Positions 10,918 through 19,534 of a DNA stretch of 64,000 bases are shown here, piece after piece. A program made the position numbers and the translations under genes. The stretch's first letter is position 1; every line of letters begins with the position of its first letter. Origin of the DNA: an uncultured Lachnospiraceae bacterium (lineage in GTDB: Bacteria > Bacillota > Clostridia > Christensenellales > UBA1242); the NCBI GenBank assembly GCA_964600435.1, contig CAZRJB010000002.1, positions 36,150 to 100,149 of the forward strand, in the 5' to 3' direction. Under the pieces are notes generated by a model. That model did not search any database, had not been told where the DNA came from, and worked only from the letters and a program-made list of their open reading frames with translations.

Positions 10918-13329
10918 TTATTCTTCAACCAAAAACTTACCAATTTTTAGTTCGCTACCAGAAACAATGTTAATTTGTTTAATGCTCATAACTGCCTTTA
11001 TGTCGTCTATGCAAGATTTTACAAAATCAACATGTTTCACCCCTGCTTCAACGCTTTCAATTTCTGTTTTTAAAGAAACTTTTGCTTCGGATTTGCTTTG
11101 ACGAATTTTTGAAACCAAAGAAATAACTTCATCACCCATTGGCAATATATCTTTGCTTATGTCAACGTCAATTTTATTAATTTGAAGTTTATGAATTGAA
11201 ATTGCTTTCACTGTGTTTTTAAATGTGTTTTGATAAATTTCTTCTGTAACGTGTGGCATGTATATTGCAAACATTTTTAGCATGCCCAAAAGTGCATGGT
11301 AGCAAACAAATTGAGCACTTTGTTTTGCATTTTCGCCATATATTTCTGGTTTATATAATCTGTTTTTAACCAACTCTACATAGTTATCACAAAAGTTCCA
11401 GAAGAAACTTTCTAGTTCGCCCATTGCCAAGCCAACTTCATATTTTTCAAAATATCTAACAAAATTGTCTTGCATGGTGTTAAATTTTGCAATAAGCCAT
11501 TTGTCCATTGGCAACAAATTAACCTGTGTTGGAACATAACCGTCAACAAATTGCCAAACAAATTTGCTTGCATTATATAACTTGTTAAGCAATTTTTGAC
11601 CGTTTTTGAATTGCTCATCACCAAAAATTATATCTCTACCCAAACTTCCTGTTGCTGTCCAATATCTTGTTACATCTGCACTAAACATGTCAATAAGTTG
11701 AAGAGGGTCCGATTTTGCATTGTTTTTGCTTTTTGATATTTTTTCACCTTGTCCAGCCATAACAAAACCAGAAATCATTACGTTTTCCCATGGTTTGGTG
11801 TTGCTATGATAGAAAGATTTAACAATTGTATAAAAATCCCATGTTCGAATAATATCATGTGCATTAGGTCTAAGGCTCATTGGCATTAATCGTTTATACA
11901 TATCATCGTCAACTTTCCATTTGCAGTTTATTTGTGGGGTAACTGATGAAGTTGCCCATGTGTCTAAAATGTCTGTTTCTGGATTAAATTCGGTACTTCC
12001 GCATTTTTCACAAGCACAGTTTGGTTTTTTGGACATTGGATTAACAGGCAAATCTTTTTCATCTGCAACCTTAATTTCTCCGCATTTTGCACAATACCAA
12101 ACTGGAAATGGCACGCCAAAATATTTTTGACGACTAATGCACCAATCCATCATTAAGTTTTCTACCCAGTCGTTATATCTTGCTTGCATAAATGAAGGAT
12201 ACCAAGTTATTTCGTCTCCCTTTTTACGCCATTCTTGTTTGTTTTCTATTGTTTTGATAAACCATTGTTTTTTAAGGTTTATTTCCATTTCTGTTCCACA
12301 TCTTTCATGAACAGAAACTTGGTGAGTTAAAGGCTCTTGCTTGATTAATAAATTTTCAGCTTTTAAATCTTCTATGATGGCATTGCGTGCTTCTTTGCAT
12401 TTTAAACCAGCATATTTTCCTGCTCTTTCGGTCATTCTGCCCGCATCATCAATTGCAACTTTATATTCTAGGTTATATTTTTTAAACCATTGAGTGTCTG
12501 TTTGATCTCCAAAAGTGCAACACATAACAGCACCTGTTCCTTTTTCCATGTCGGCTTTGTCGTCGGTCATGATTGGAACATAATAGTTATACAAAGGAAC
12601 TCTAACATTTTTACCAACCAAATTTTTGTATCTTTGGTCATTTGGATTAACAAAAACGCAATCACATGCACACAAAAATTCTGGTCTTGTGGTTGCAATT
12701 TCTAAATAAGTATCACTGTTTTCAACATAAAATTTTAAATGATTAAAATATGTTTCAATTTCTTTTGTTTCTAGTTCACTTTGAGCAATTGCAGTTCTGC
12801 ACTTTGTGCACCAAAGTGCTGGTGCTTCTGCATAATAAACTTTGTTCTTTTTATAAAGATCCAAAAAAGACATTTGGCTAACTTTTTGTGTTTCGGGGCT
12901 TACTGTGTGATAACGCAAAGACCAATCTGCCGAATTGCCAACTTTTATAAATAGATTTTTAAAATCTTCAACATATTTGTTAACAACTTCCATACAAATG
13001 TTTGTGAATTCTTCACGTGGCAAAGAATAAGCCTTTATGCCTCGCTCTTTTTCAACCAAAAGTTCTGTTGGAAGACCATTATCGTCAAAACCAAAAGGAT
13101 AAAAAACGTTATAACCTCTCATTCTTTTGTATCTGGCAACAAACTCTGCTTGAGAATAACTAAAAATGTGACCAATATGAATTTTTCCACTAACTGTTGG
13201 TGGTGGAGTATCGATTGAAAAAATTGGTTTTGTTGTGTCTGCCTTGTCAAAGTTATATATTCCATTGTCTTGCCAAAACTTTTGCCATTTTTCTTCTGAT
13301 GTTTTGTAATTATATTTGTTTTCTAACAT
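10918..13329 (-). CDS. valS: valine--tRNA ligase (archaeal/short type)
   Basis: DTPPPTVSGKIHIGH (HIGH), ATTRPE editing-domain motif, KISKSK (KMSKS). Start set at M44 of the track ORF (MLENKYNYKTSEEKWQKFWQ) because an AAAGGA SD lies upstream. The upstream part of the track ORF is leader read-through. Confidence 0.85.
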   Translation of the reverse strand: MLENKYNYKTSEEKWQKFWQDNGIYNFDKADTTKPIFSIDTPPPTVSGKIHIGHIFSYSQAEFVARYKRMRGYNVFYPFGFDDNGLPTELLVEKERGIKAYSLPREEFTNICMEVVNKYVEDFKNLFIKVGNSADWSLRYHTVSPETQKVSQMSFLDLYKKNKVYYAEAPALWCTKCRTAIAQSELETKEIETYFNHLKFYVENSDTYLEIATTRPEFLCACDCVFVNPNDQRYKNLVGKNVRVPLYNYYVPIMTDDKADMEKGTGAVMCCTFGDQTDTQWFKKYNLEYKVAIDDAGRMTERAGKYAGLKCKEARNAIIEDLKAENLLIKQEPLTHQVSVHERCGTEMEINLKKQWFIKTIENKQEWRKKGDEITWYPSFMQARYNDWVENLMMDWCISRQKYFGVPFPVWYCAKCGEIKVADEKDLPVNPMSKKPNCACEKCGSTEFNPETDILDTWATSSVTPQINCKWKVDDDMYKRLMPMSLRPNAHDIIRTWDFYTIVKSFYHSNTKPWENVMISGFVMAGQGEKISKSKNNAKSDPLQLIDMFSADVTRYWTATGSLGRDIIFGDEQFKNGQKLLNKLYNASKFVWQFVDGYVPTQVNLLPMDKWLIAKFNTMQDNFVRYFEKYEVGLAMGELESFFWNFCDNYVELVKNRLYKPEIYGENAKQSAQFVCYHALLGMLKMFAIYMPHVTEEIYQNTFKNTVKAISIHKLQINKIDVDISKDILPMGDEVISLVSKIRQSKSEAKVSLKTEIESVEAGVKHVDFVKSCIDDIKAVMSIKQINIVSGSELKIGKFLVEE

Positions 13330-13374
13330 AAAATTTTCCTTTTTGAAATTATTTTTGTGTATTTTTGTTTTAAC

Positions 13375-13402
13375 AAAAAAAAGATAGCACTCTTGTGCCA
13401 CC
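13375..13402 (-). terminator. intrinsic terminator (attenuator) in the valS leader
   Basis: Minus strand GGTGGCAC-AAGA-GTGCTATC (8 bp, two G-U pairs) followed directly by T8. The last T of the tract lies 45 nt upstream of the valS ATG. Confidence 0.65.
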
Positions 13403-13447
13403 TTAAAAACCTGTTTGCATTTTAATTTGGCACAAAAACACTTGTGC
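13392..13447 (-). promoter_or_regulatory. alternative-pairing segments of the valS leader (anti-antiterminator / antiterminator)
   Basis: GCACAA (13442-13447) pairs with TTGTGC. TTTTTGTGCCA pairs with TGGCACAAGAG (13392-13402 region), which overlaps the 5' arm of the terminator. So the 1:2, 2:3 and 3:4 pairings are mutually exclusive. Confidence 0.5.
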
Positions 13448-13459
13448 GGAAACTCCACA

Positions 13460-13498
13460 CTAAATTGTTTTCACGACCACTACCAAATTTTTTTTCAT
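13460..13498 (-). CDS. candidate valS leader peptide MKKNLVVVVKTI
   Basis: ATG AAA AAA AAT TTG GTA GTG GTC GTG AAA ACA ATT TAG read directly from the minus strand. Four consecutive Val codons at 13472-13483. No SD, and the ATG is only 8 nt from the -10 box, so the mRNA would be nearly leaderless. Confidence 0.45.
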   Translation of the reverse strand: MKKNLVVVVKTI

Positions 13499-13506
13499 AC
13501 TTAAAC

Positions 13507-13535
13507 AATTTAACACATCTAATTTTTTCTGTCAA
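13507..13535 (-). promoter_or_regulatory. sigma-A type promoter for the valS leader
   Basis: Minus strand TTGACA (13530-13535), 17-nt spacer, TAAATT (13507-13512). Confidence 0.6.
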
Positions 13536-13590
13536 ATATTTCTGATAACAAAAAACATTTATTAACAAAATTACAAACAATTTTTATGTT

Positions 13591-14295
13591 CTATTTGTTT
13601 TGAGCAAGCAAAATTTCTTTTTCGAACACATTCCAAGGAGTTTTTTCAACAGGTGGAATACATCTAAACATCATTTGTTTTTTTGTTGTTGGATGTTCAA
13701 ACGACAATTCATATGCCCAAAGTGCAAGATTATGCCCTTTTGCCAAAGTATCTCCATTATATTTAACATCACCAAACACTGGGCAACCAATTTGAGACAT
13801 TTGAACTCTTATTTGATGACTTCTGCCAGTTAAAATTTGAACCTCGAGCAAACTAACCTTGTCGATCGTTTGAATTGTTTTATATTCTAAAATTGCTTGC
13901 TTTGCACCATCTTCGCCCCTTGGCACAACTTTTACAATGTTGTTTGTTTCGTCTTTTTTTAAAAAATGCTCAAGCCTGGATGCTTTGTATCTTGGCGTTC
14001 CCACAACCACGGTTAAGTATTTTTTTATAAATTTTTTTGCTTTAATTTGTTCTGACAATCGATTTGCTGCCTTGCTTGTTTTTGCAAAAACCATTATTCC
14101 GCCTGTTGGACGATCTAGTCTATGAACCAACCCAACAAAAACATTTCCTGGTTTGTTATATTTTTCTTTAATATAGTCTTTAACAATGTCTAAAAGTGAT
14201 TTATCTGAAGTTGAGTCACCTTGACTTAAAATGTTTTGTGGTTTTAAAACCACAATTATATGATTATCTTCGTATAAAATGTTTAAATCTTGCAT
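13591..14295 (-). CDS. RluA-family pseudouridine synthase
   Basis: HRLDRPTGGIMVFAKT catalytic-Asp motif and GRSHQIRVQ motif. 234 aa, no S4 domain. Confidence 0.85.
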   Translation of the reverse strand: MQDLNILYEDNHIIVVLKPQNILSQGDSTSDKSLLDIVKDYIKEKYNKPGNVFVGLVHRLDRPTGGIMVFAKTSKAANRLSEQIKAKKFIKKYLTVVVGTPRYKASRLEHFLKKDETNNIVKVVPRGEDGAKQAILEYKTIQTIDKVSLLEVQILTGRSHQIRVQMSQIGCPVFGDVKYNGDTLAKGHNLALWAYELSFEHPTTKKQMMFRCIPPVEKTPWNVFEKEILLAQNK

Positions 14296-14298
14296 TTA

Positions 14299-15159
14299 TT
14301 AATTCTCCCAAACTTTTATTCCGCTTGCGCCACATGGCAAGACAATGTTTTTTTCTTGAGTTGCTATTCCAATTTCATATGCATCAGTTTTTCCACCATC
14401 AAAAACATCATTTAAAATGTTGGAAAGCACCATTGGCTGCAACCCTGTTGTGTATGAGTTTATTAAAACAAACAAAGGCTTGTTTGACAACACTTTTTTG
14501 CATAGAGAAACAAAATCATATAAATTGTTTTCAATTTTCCACATTTCTCCACTTGGCCCTCTTCCGTAACTAGGTGGGTCCATTATTATTGCATCATAAA
14601 CCTTGCCACGCCTATGTTCTCTTTCAACAAACTTTGCACAATCATCGACAATGTACCTTATTGGCATGTGGTCTAAACCTGACAGTTTAATGTTTTGTTT
14701 GCAGCGATCAACCATACCCTTTGACGCATCCACATGTGTAACTTCTGCCCCTGCATAAGTGCATGCAACGGTTGCTCCGCCTGTGTAACCAAACAGGTTT
14801 AAAACCTTTATTGGTCGGTTTGCATTTTTGATTAATTCAATCATATGGTCCCAATTAACAGCCTGTTCTGGAAAAAGCCCTGTGTGTTTAAAGCCCATTG
14901 GTTTAATCAAAAACTTTAAATTTTTGTAATCAATAACCCATTCTTGTTGCATTGGTTTTAAGTTGTTCCAATGCCCACCACCAGTGCTTTCTCTAATATA
15001 GTGTGCATTTAAGTTTTTCTCTTTTGTTAAATCTCTTTTTGCATGCCAAATAACTTGCGGGTCTGGCCTTAAAAGTTTAACATTGCCCCAACTTTCAAGC
15101 TTTTCGCCGTCACCAGTTGCAATAACCGAATAATCTTTCCAATCTGTGCTAATTTTCAT
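14299..15159 (-). CDS. class I SAM-dependent methyltransferase (RlmI/RlmK-like rRNA methyltransferase fold)
   Basis: LNLFGYTGGATV (SAM-binding glycine loop) and IIMDPPSYG motif. Confidence 0.7.
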   Translation of the reverse strand: MKISTDWKDYSVIATGDGEKLESWGNVKLLRPDPQVIWHAKRDLTKEKNLNAHYIRESTGGGHWNNLKPMQQEWVIDYKNLKFLIKPMGFKHTGLFPEQAVNWDHMIELIKNANRPIKVLNLFGYTGGATVACTYAGAEVTHVDASKGMVDRCKQNIKLSGLDHMPIRYIVDDCAKFVEREHRRGKVYDAIIMDPPSYGRGPSGEMWKIENNLYDFVSLCKKVLSNKPLFVLINSYTTGLQPMVLSNILNDVFDGGKTDAYEIGIATQEKNIVLPCGASGIKVWEN

Positions 15160-15622
15160 TTGCCACCACCTTTTTGTCTAAATCTTCAACAATAATATTG
15201 CAAAAATTGTTTACGCTCAAAAACTTATAAAACAATTGCAAAACATCATTTTTTGTTATTCCAACGCATTTTTCTTCGTTTACATGCAAAACAATTTTGT
15301 TAAACTGGTCTACCTTTTCAAGTTTTATTAAACCAACAATTGCTCGTGCTTTAACATCCACACAAACCCATTGAGTGTTTAAAAACCAGTAGTTGTCTTC
15401 CATATCTAGAGCAGACACAACTTTTTGCAAACTTTTTTTGTTTTGCAACTTTGCATAAAAAGGAAGCCTTATATATGCAGAAAAATCTTCCACACTTAAA
15501 ACAAGTTGTGAAACCTCTTCTTTTGTTAAGGGAAAAAGTAATGTGTTGCCATCTTGAAGCAAATACTGGCTTAAATCATAGTTCATAGTTTTTAGTTTAG
15601 TTATATATTTTGTTTTTGTCAA
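15149..15622 (-). CDS. hypothetical protein
   Basis: 157-aa ORF. Its stop overlaps the start of the methyltransferase gene by 11 nt, and its start overlaps the upstream stop (ATGA). No recognisable motif. Confidence 0.55.
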   Translation of the reverse strand: MTKTKYITKLKTMNYDLSQYLLQDGNTLLFPLTKEEVSQLVLSVEDFSAYIRLPFYAKLQNKKSLQKVVSALDMEDNYWFLNTQWVCVDVKARAIVGLIKLEKVDQFNKIVLHVNEEKCVGITKNDVLQLFYKFLSVNNFCNIIVEDLDKKVVANEN

Positions 15623-15840
15623 TTTTTTGGCATTGTAAGTTCCAAATAAATTTTTTCAAAATCTTGTTTTGGAATTTTTAACTCTCTTAAAATTGAAAAT
15701 GCTTGTTCTATTGGCATTTTCAAAAAGCAATCTTCTGTTTTTAAAATTTTGCTAATGGTTTTTTGAATTTTTAAATTTTTTTCATCATTTTTATAATATT
15801 CTATTAAAGAAATGTTGATTTTTTTTAACTTTTCTAACAT
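15619..15840 (-). CDS. small hypothetical protein
   Basis: 73-aa ORF that overlaps both neighbours, which suggests translational coupling. Helical, charged composition. Confidence 0.5.
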   Translation of the reverse strand: MLEKLKKINISLIEYYKNDEKNLKIQKTISKILKTEDCFLKMPIEQAFSILRELKIPKQDFEKIYLELTMPKN

Positions 15841-16874
15841 TTTTCGTTACCTCCGTTATCTATTCCCGGAATAATGTGTTTTTCTTTAACACCTGCAGTG
15901 ATATGTTTAAAAATTCCATTTTTAAAATTGTTTTTGATTGTTTCTTTATCTAAATTTTCTAAATTTGAGCCATGCAAAATTTTGTATGTGCTTTTTTCTG
16001 GAAACTCTTCAAAAGATTTGTCATTAAAAGAATACAGCAAAACTGGAGCACTTTTAAGGCGAAAGCCATCAATTGTTTTTCCACTTAAAATTGTAACGTT
16101 AAATTGTTTGTTTTCAATTTCTTTAGCAAAAATGGCTTTTGACAAAAGCAAAACATAACTAACTTTTTCCATTTCTGGAAGTTGTTGTGCAAGTTTACAT
16201 TGTTTCTCTAAAATTTTTAGTTTTTGTTCTTTTGAAACGGCTTCCGTTTCACACATTTCTGAAAACTCTTCCAAAAACATTTCAATGTTGTCTTGGTCGG
16301 TTTCTTTTTCTTCTTCTTTTAAAATTATATCTTGATACACTTTTCTATATATTTCACTAAATGATTCAAGTTTATTTTCGTCACCTGTGCAATTTAAACC
16401 AATTAGATTATTATTTATTTTTGCATTATACAAATCGCCATAAATGATTGTTGAAACAGAATCTGCATCAACAAGATATCCTTCTTCGCTAAAAGTTACA
16501 TTGCAGTGACTATTGCCATAACCATGTTTGTCATTAATTAAAAAGTCTACATCCAAATCTTCTAAAAATTTTCCAAAAATATATGCAAATTCATAGCAAA
16601 CAATTTTGTTGTTTTCTGGAGTTACTGTGTTTATTCTTTTAACATCTTGATGAATTTCTGCAATCATTCCACGTTGATTATTTGAATAAAATTCTTCATC
16701 ATAGGTTAAAGTTTTACACAATTTAATGTATACATATATTGCCTTTTCTAAATCTGTGTATGTGGTTGGCATGTCTGAAAGAATATTGCTTTTTAACTTT
16801 TCATTTATAACAATTTTATCTAAATATGCATTATCCATTGACTTATATAAGCCCAAACTTTTTTCTTTTTCCAT
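15834..16874 (-). CDS. hypothetical protein with a transglutaminase-like Cys-His-Asp pattern
   Basis: VCYEFAYIFGKF...GNSHCNVTF...YLVDADS, with Cys-His and His-Asp spacing compatible with the transglutaminase-like/papain-like core. Start set at M15 of the track ORF (MEKEKSLG) because an AAGGG SD lies upstream. Confidence 0.4.
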   Translation of the reverse strand: MEKEKSLGLYKSMDNAYLDKIVINEKLKSNILSDMPTTYTDLEKAIYVYIKLCKTLTYDEEFYSNNQRGMIAEIHQDVKRINTVTPENNKIVCYEFAYIFGKFLEDLDVDFLINDKHGYGNSHCNVTFSEEGYLVDADSVSTIIYGDLYNAKINNNLIGLNCTGDENKLESFSEIYRKVYQDIILKEEEKETDQDNIEMFLEEFSEMCETEAVSKEQKLKILEKQCKLAQQLPEMEKVSYVLLLSKAIFAKEIENKQFNVTILSGKTIDGFRLKSAPVLLYSFNDKSFEEFPEKSTYKILHGSNLENLDKETIKNNFKNGIFKHITAGVKEKHIIPGIDNGGNEKC

Positions 16875-17041
16875 ATTTAACCCTTTGTTTATTATTTGTT
16901 TTTGATAGAATAACATACTTTTTATTTTTTTTCAATAGCATTTAAAAATATGTTGCAGAAAAAAATCAATATTCAAAAAATATGGTTTTGCATGAATAAA
17001 AACTTTTTTGTTGTTAATCATAAACGAAAAAGGGGAATGTT

Positions 17042-17812
17042 ATGGCTACAAAAGTTGTTGTTTGTGGAGTTGACACTAGCAAACTACCAAAATTAAAATC
17101 TGAAGAAATGGAAGCACTTATGAAAAAAGTTAAAAGCGGAGATAGTCTTGCTAGAGATGAATTTGTTATTGCAAATCTCAGGTTGGTTTTAAGTGTTGTC
17201 CAACGTTTTTATGGTAGAAGAGATAAATCAGATGATATGTTTCAAGTTGGTTGTGTTGGATTGATGAAAGCAATAGACAATTTTGATTGCAACTTAAATG
17301 TAAAGTTTTCCACATATGCTGTTCCAATGATTATTGGAGAAATAAAAAGATATTTACGTGACAACAATGCCATTAGGGTTTCTAGAAGTTTAAGAGATAT
17401 TGCATATAAAGCACTTCAGGCAAGAGATAAACATTCAAAACAATTTGGCAAAGAACCAACCATTGATGAAATCTCTTCGCTTATTGACGTGCCAGCAAAA
17501 GACGTTGCTTTTGCTCTTGATGCAATTAGTGACACGGTTAGTTTGAACGAACCTGTTTATGAAGATGGCGATTCTGTTAGAATTATGGACCAAATTGCCG
17601 ACACAAAACATGATGATGACAGTTTGAATGAAATTTTATCATTAAAAAATGCTTTAAACAAGTTGGACAAGCGAGAAAGGGAAATTTTGCTATTAAGATA
17701 TTTTATTGGCAAAACCCAAATTGAAGTTTCGGATGCAATTGGAATTTCTCAAGCACAGGTTTCTAGGCTAGAAAAAAATGCCATTGAAGAAATTAAAGAA
17801 CAAATTAGATAA
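17042..17812 (+). CDS. sigG: RNA polymerase sporulation sigma factor SigG
   Basis: VVVCGVDTSKLPKLKSEEM...NLRLVLSVVQRF...FQVGCVGLMKAIDNFD...VKFSTYAVPMIIGEIKRYLRDNNAIRVSRSLRDIAYKA closely matches my recollection of B. subtilis SigG. Confidence 0.9.
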   Translation: MATKVVVCGVDTSKLPKLKSEEMEALMKKVKSGDSLARDEFVIANLRLVLSVVQRFYGRRDKSDDMFQVGCVGLMKAIDNFDCNLNVKFSTYAVPMIIGEIKRYLRDNNAIRVSRSLRDIAYKALQARDKHSKQFGKEPTIDEISSLIDVPAKDVAFALDAISDTVSLNEPVYEDGDSVRIMDQIADTKHDDDSLNEILSLKNALNKLDKREREILLLRYFIGKTQIEVSDAIGISQAQVSRLEKNAIEEIKEQIR

Positions 17813-17842
17813 TGCTGCAAAAAAAGATATTGATTATATGTT

Positions 17843-18568
17843 TTAAATAACTTTTCTAATATCTTTTTTCATTTTTCCTAATATTTTTTTCTCGAGTCTG
17901 GAAATATAACTTTGAGAAATGCCTAGTTCGTCAGCAACTTCCTTTTGAGTTTTTTCTTCTCCGCCCAAAAGTCCAAAACGCATTATCATTATCTCTTTTT
18001 CACGAGAGCCTAATTTGTTGATTATTTCCCAAAGAATTTGTTGTTCAGACGAGCGTTCCATGTCTTTGCCCAGAGTTTGTTTTTCGTCATATAGAATATC
18101 TTCAAGCAAAAGTTCGTTTCCGTCACCATCGCTTTTTAGCGGTTCATCCAAACTGACTTCGGCTTTTATTTTATTCATTTTTCTTAGTTGCATTAAAATT
18201 TCGTTTTCTATGCACCTAGATGCATATGTTGCAAGTTTAATTTTTTTATCATATTTATACGTTTGCACTGCCTTGATTAAACCAATTGCACCAATAGATA
18301 TTAAATCTTCTAGTTCAATTCCTGTGTTGTCAAATTTTTTAGCAATGTAAACAACAAGTCTTAAGTTGTGTTCTATCAACTTTTGTTTTGCGGTTTGATT
18401 GTTATTTGCAACTTCGTCTAAAAGTGCCAATTCTTCTTCTGGTTCTAAAGGCATTGGAAGCGCTTCGTTTCCACAAATGTAAAGCAATATGTTTTCGGCA
18501 TTATCTAAGTGGTTTTTTGAGAAAAAATTTTTTAGTAATTGTTTAACTTTTAAAACTATATTTTTCAT
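17843..18568 (-). CDS. sigE: RNA polymerase sporulation sigma factor SigE (pro-sigma-E)
   Basis: [34 protein letters not shown]...[16 protein letters not shown]...[13 protein letters not shown], with an N-terminal pro-sequence. Directly downstream of spoIIGA. Start at M7 of the track ORF, with a GGGGGA SD. Confidence 0.92.
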   Translation of the reverse strand: MKNIVLKVKQLLKNFFSKNHLDNAENILLYICGNEALPMPLEPEEELALLDEVANNNQTAKQKLIEHNLRLVVYIAKKFDNTGIELEDLISIGAIGLIKAVQTYKYDKKIKLATYASRCIENEILMQLRKMNKIKAEVSLDEPLKSDGDGNELLLEDILYDEKQTLGKDMERSSEQQILWEIINKLGSREKEIMIMRFGLLGGEEKTQKEVADELGISQSYISRLEKKILGKMKKDIRKVI

Positions 18569-18578
18569 ACATCCCCCA

Positions 18579-19409
18579 TTAAACAAACATGTTTATGTTT
18601 AACAACATGTCGCAATTAAAATTTTTATTAAAATTTGAATATGAAATTCCTAACTTTGCATTTGTTATTTCAATTTTTTTTATGTTGTTTGTTTCCACCA
18701 CAACATGATCCACACTAAACACCAAAATTTTTCCACTTCCATTTGCAAACCCAGATTTAATATAATGTGGGTTATTTAAGTTTTTAAAGTTTTTGGTTAG
18801 CAAATCGCTTAAAGAAATGTTTTTATAGAGTTTGTTAAAAAGGTTCGAATTAATAACAAACACTGGTGTTGAATCGGTGTCGGTTAAAGTGTTGCCGCTG
18901 TCTAAAAACGCGTTGGTTTCAATTGTTTTGCCTTGATGAGTTATTTTGACCTTATAAACAAAATTTGCAATGGTTAATTTTTTGCGTGCGAGGTTTATGC
19001 ATTGTTTTGTTAAAAAGTATATTAAAAGCAACAATCCCAAAAGAATGTAAGTTGGAAAATTGTCATACACATCTAGATGTCCATATGTAAAATAGTAAAT
19101 CAAAATGTTTAGTCCTGCATATAATGCAGTAAAAAACACAAAAGATATGTATTTTGCTAAAAAATATTCTCGGCTTAATGCAATGGCGACAATAATAAAA
19201 CCAACACTAAGTTTTAAAACAACAAGCAATATATTGTTTAACTGAACAAGCGGATATAAAACAGAGATTATTGAAGCAAAAATACAAGCACCAAAAATTC
19301 TGATTTTGTTTTCTTTTAACTTAAAGCATAAACAAACACACTTTAAAACAAGAAAAGTAACCACAAAATTTTCAATTAAACAATCTTCTACATAAACTAC
19401 CACACACAT
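18579..19409 (-). CDS. spoIIGA: sigma-E processing peptidase SpoIIGA
   Basis: Five N-terminal TM helices plus a C-terminal domain with the FLDSGN aspartic protease motif. Classic position upstream of sigE. Confidence 0.88.
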   Translation of the reverse strand: MCVVVYVEDCLIENFVVTFLVLKCVCLCFKLKENKIRIFGACIFASIISVLYPLVQLNNILLVVLKLSVGFIIVAIALSREYFLAKYISFVFFTALYAGLNILIYYFTYGHLDVYDNFPTYILLGLLLLIYFLTKQCINLARKKLTIANFVYKVKITHQGKTIETNAFLDSGNTLTDTDSTPVFVINSNLFNKLYKNISLSDLLTKNFKNLNNPHYIKSGFANGSGKILVFSVDHVVVETNNIKKIEITNAKLGISYSNFNKNFNCDMLLNINMFV

Positions 19410-19459
19410 TTCCTTTTTTTATTTATAAAAGTTTTTTCTTTATATGTGCTTGATTTATT

Positions 19460-19489
19460 ATAAAAAAGCACTGCCAAAATGAGCAATGC
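19460..19489 (-). terminator. intrinsic terminator after the htrA-like gene
   Basis: Minus strand GCATTGC-TCATTTTG-GCAGTGC (7 bp, one G-U pair) followed by T6. Confidence 0.55.
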
Positions 19490-19534
19490 TAATTATTATG
19501 TTTTTTTTCTAATTATGCCGAAAAACATATTTTT

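Noticed and set aside
13330-13458. N-terminal extensions in the ORF track: valS from 13458, rplI from 21926, pgk from 3404, sigE from 18586, M23 from 56266, giant B from 34304.
   Set aside because: In each case an internal ATG is preceded by a good SD and gives the family-typical N-terminus or signal peptide. The extensions run through leaders or terminators and several begin at TTG.
13330-13510. Canonical T-box riboswitch upstream of valS. The GGTGGCAC element resembles the GGUGGUACC core of the T-box sequence.
   Set aside because: The leader is only about 170 nt. I cannot build a Stem I with a specifier loop, K-turn or distal platform motifs. The GGTGG element forms the 5' arm of the terminator, not the 5' arm of the antiterminator as in true T-boxes. 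I kept it as a leader-peptide attenuator candidate instead. A covariance-model scan is still needed.
16917-17041. SigF/SigG-type forespore promoter upstream of sigG (GCATG or GAATA ... CATAAAC).
   Set aside because: The spacing between the candidate -35 and -10 elements is 20-24 nt, not the roughly 17-18 nt expected. I cannot support it from sequence alone.
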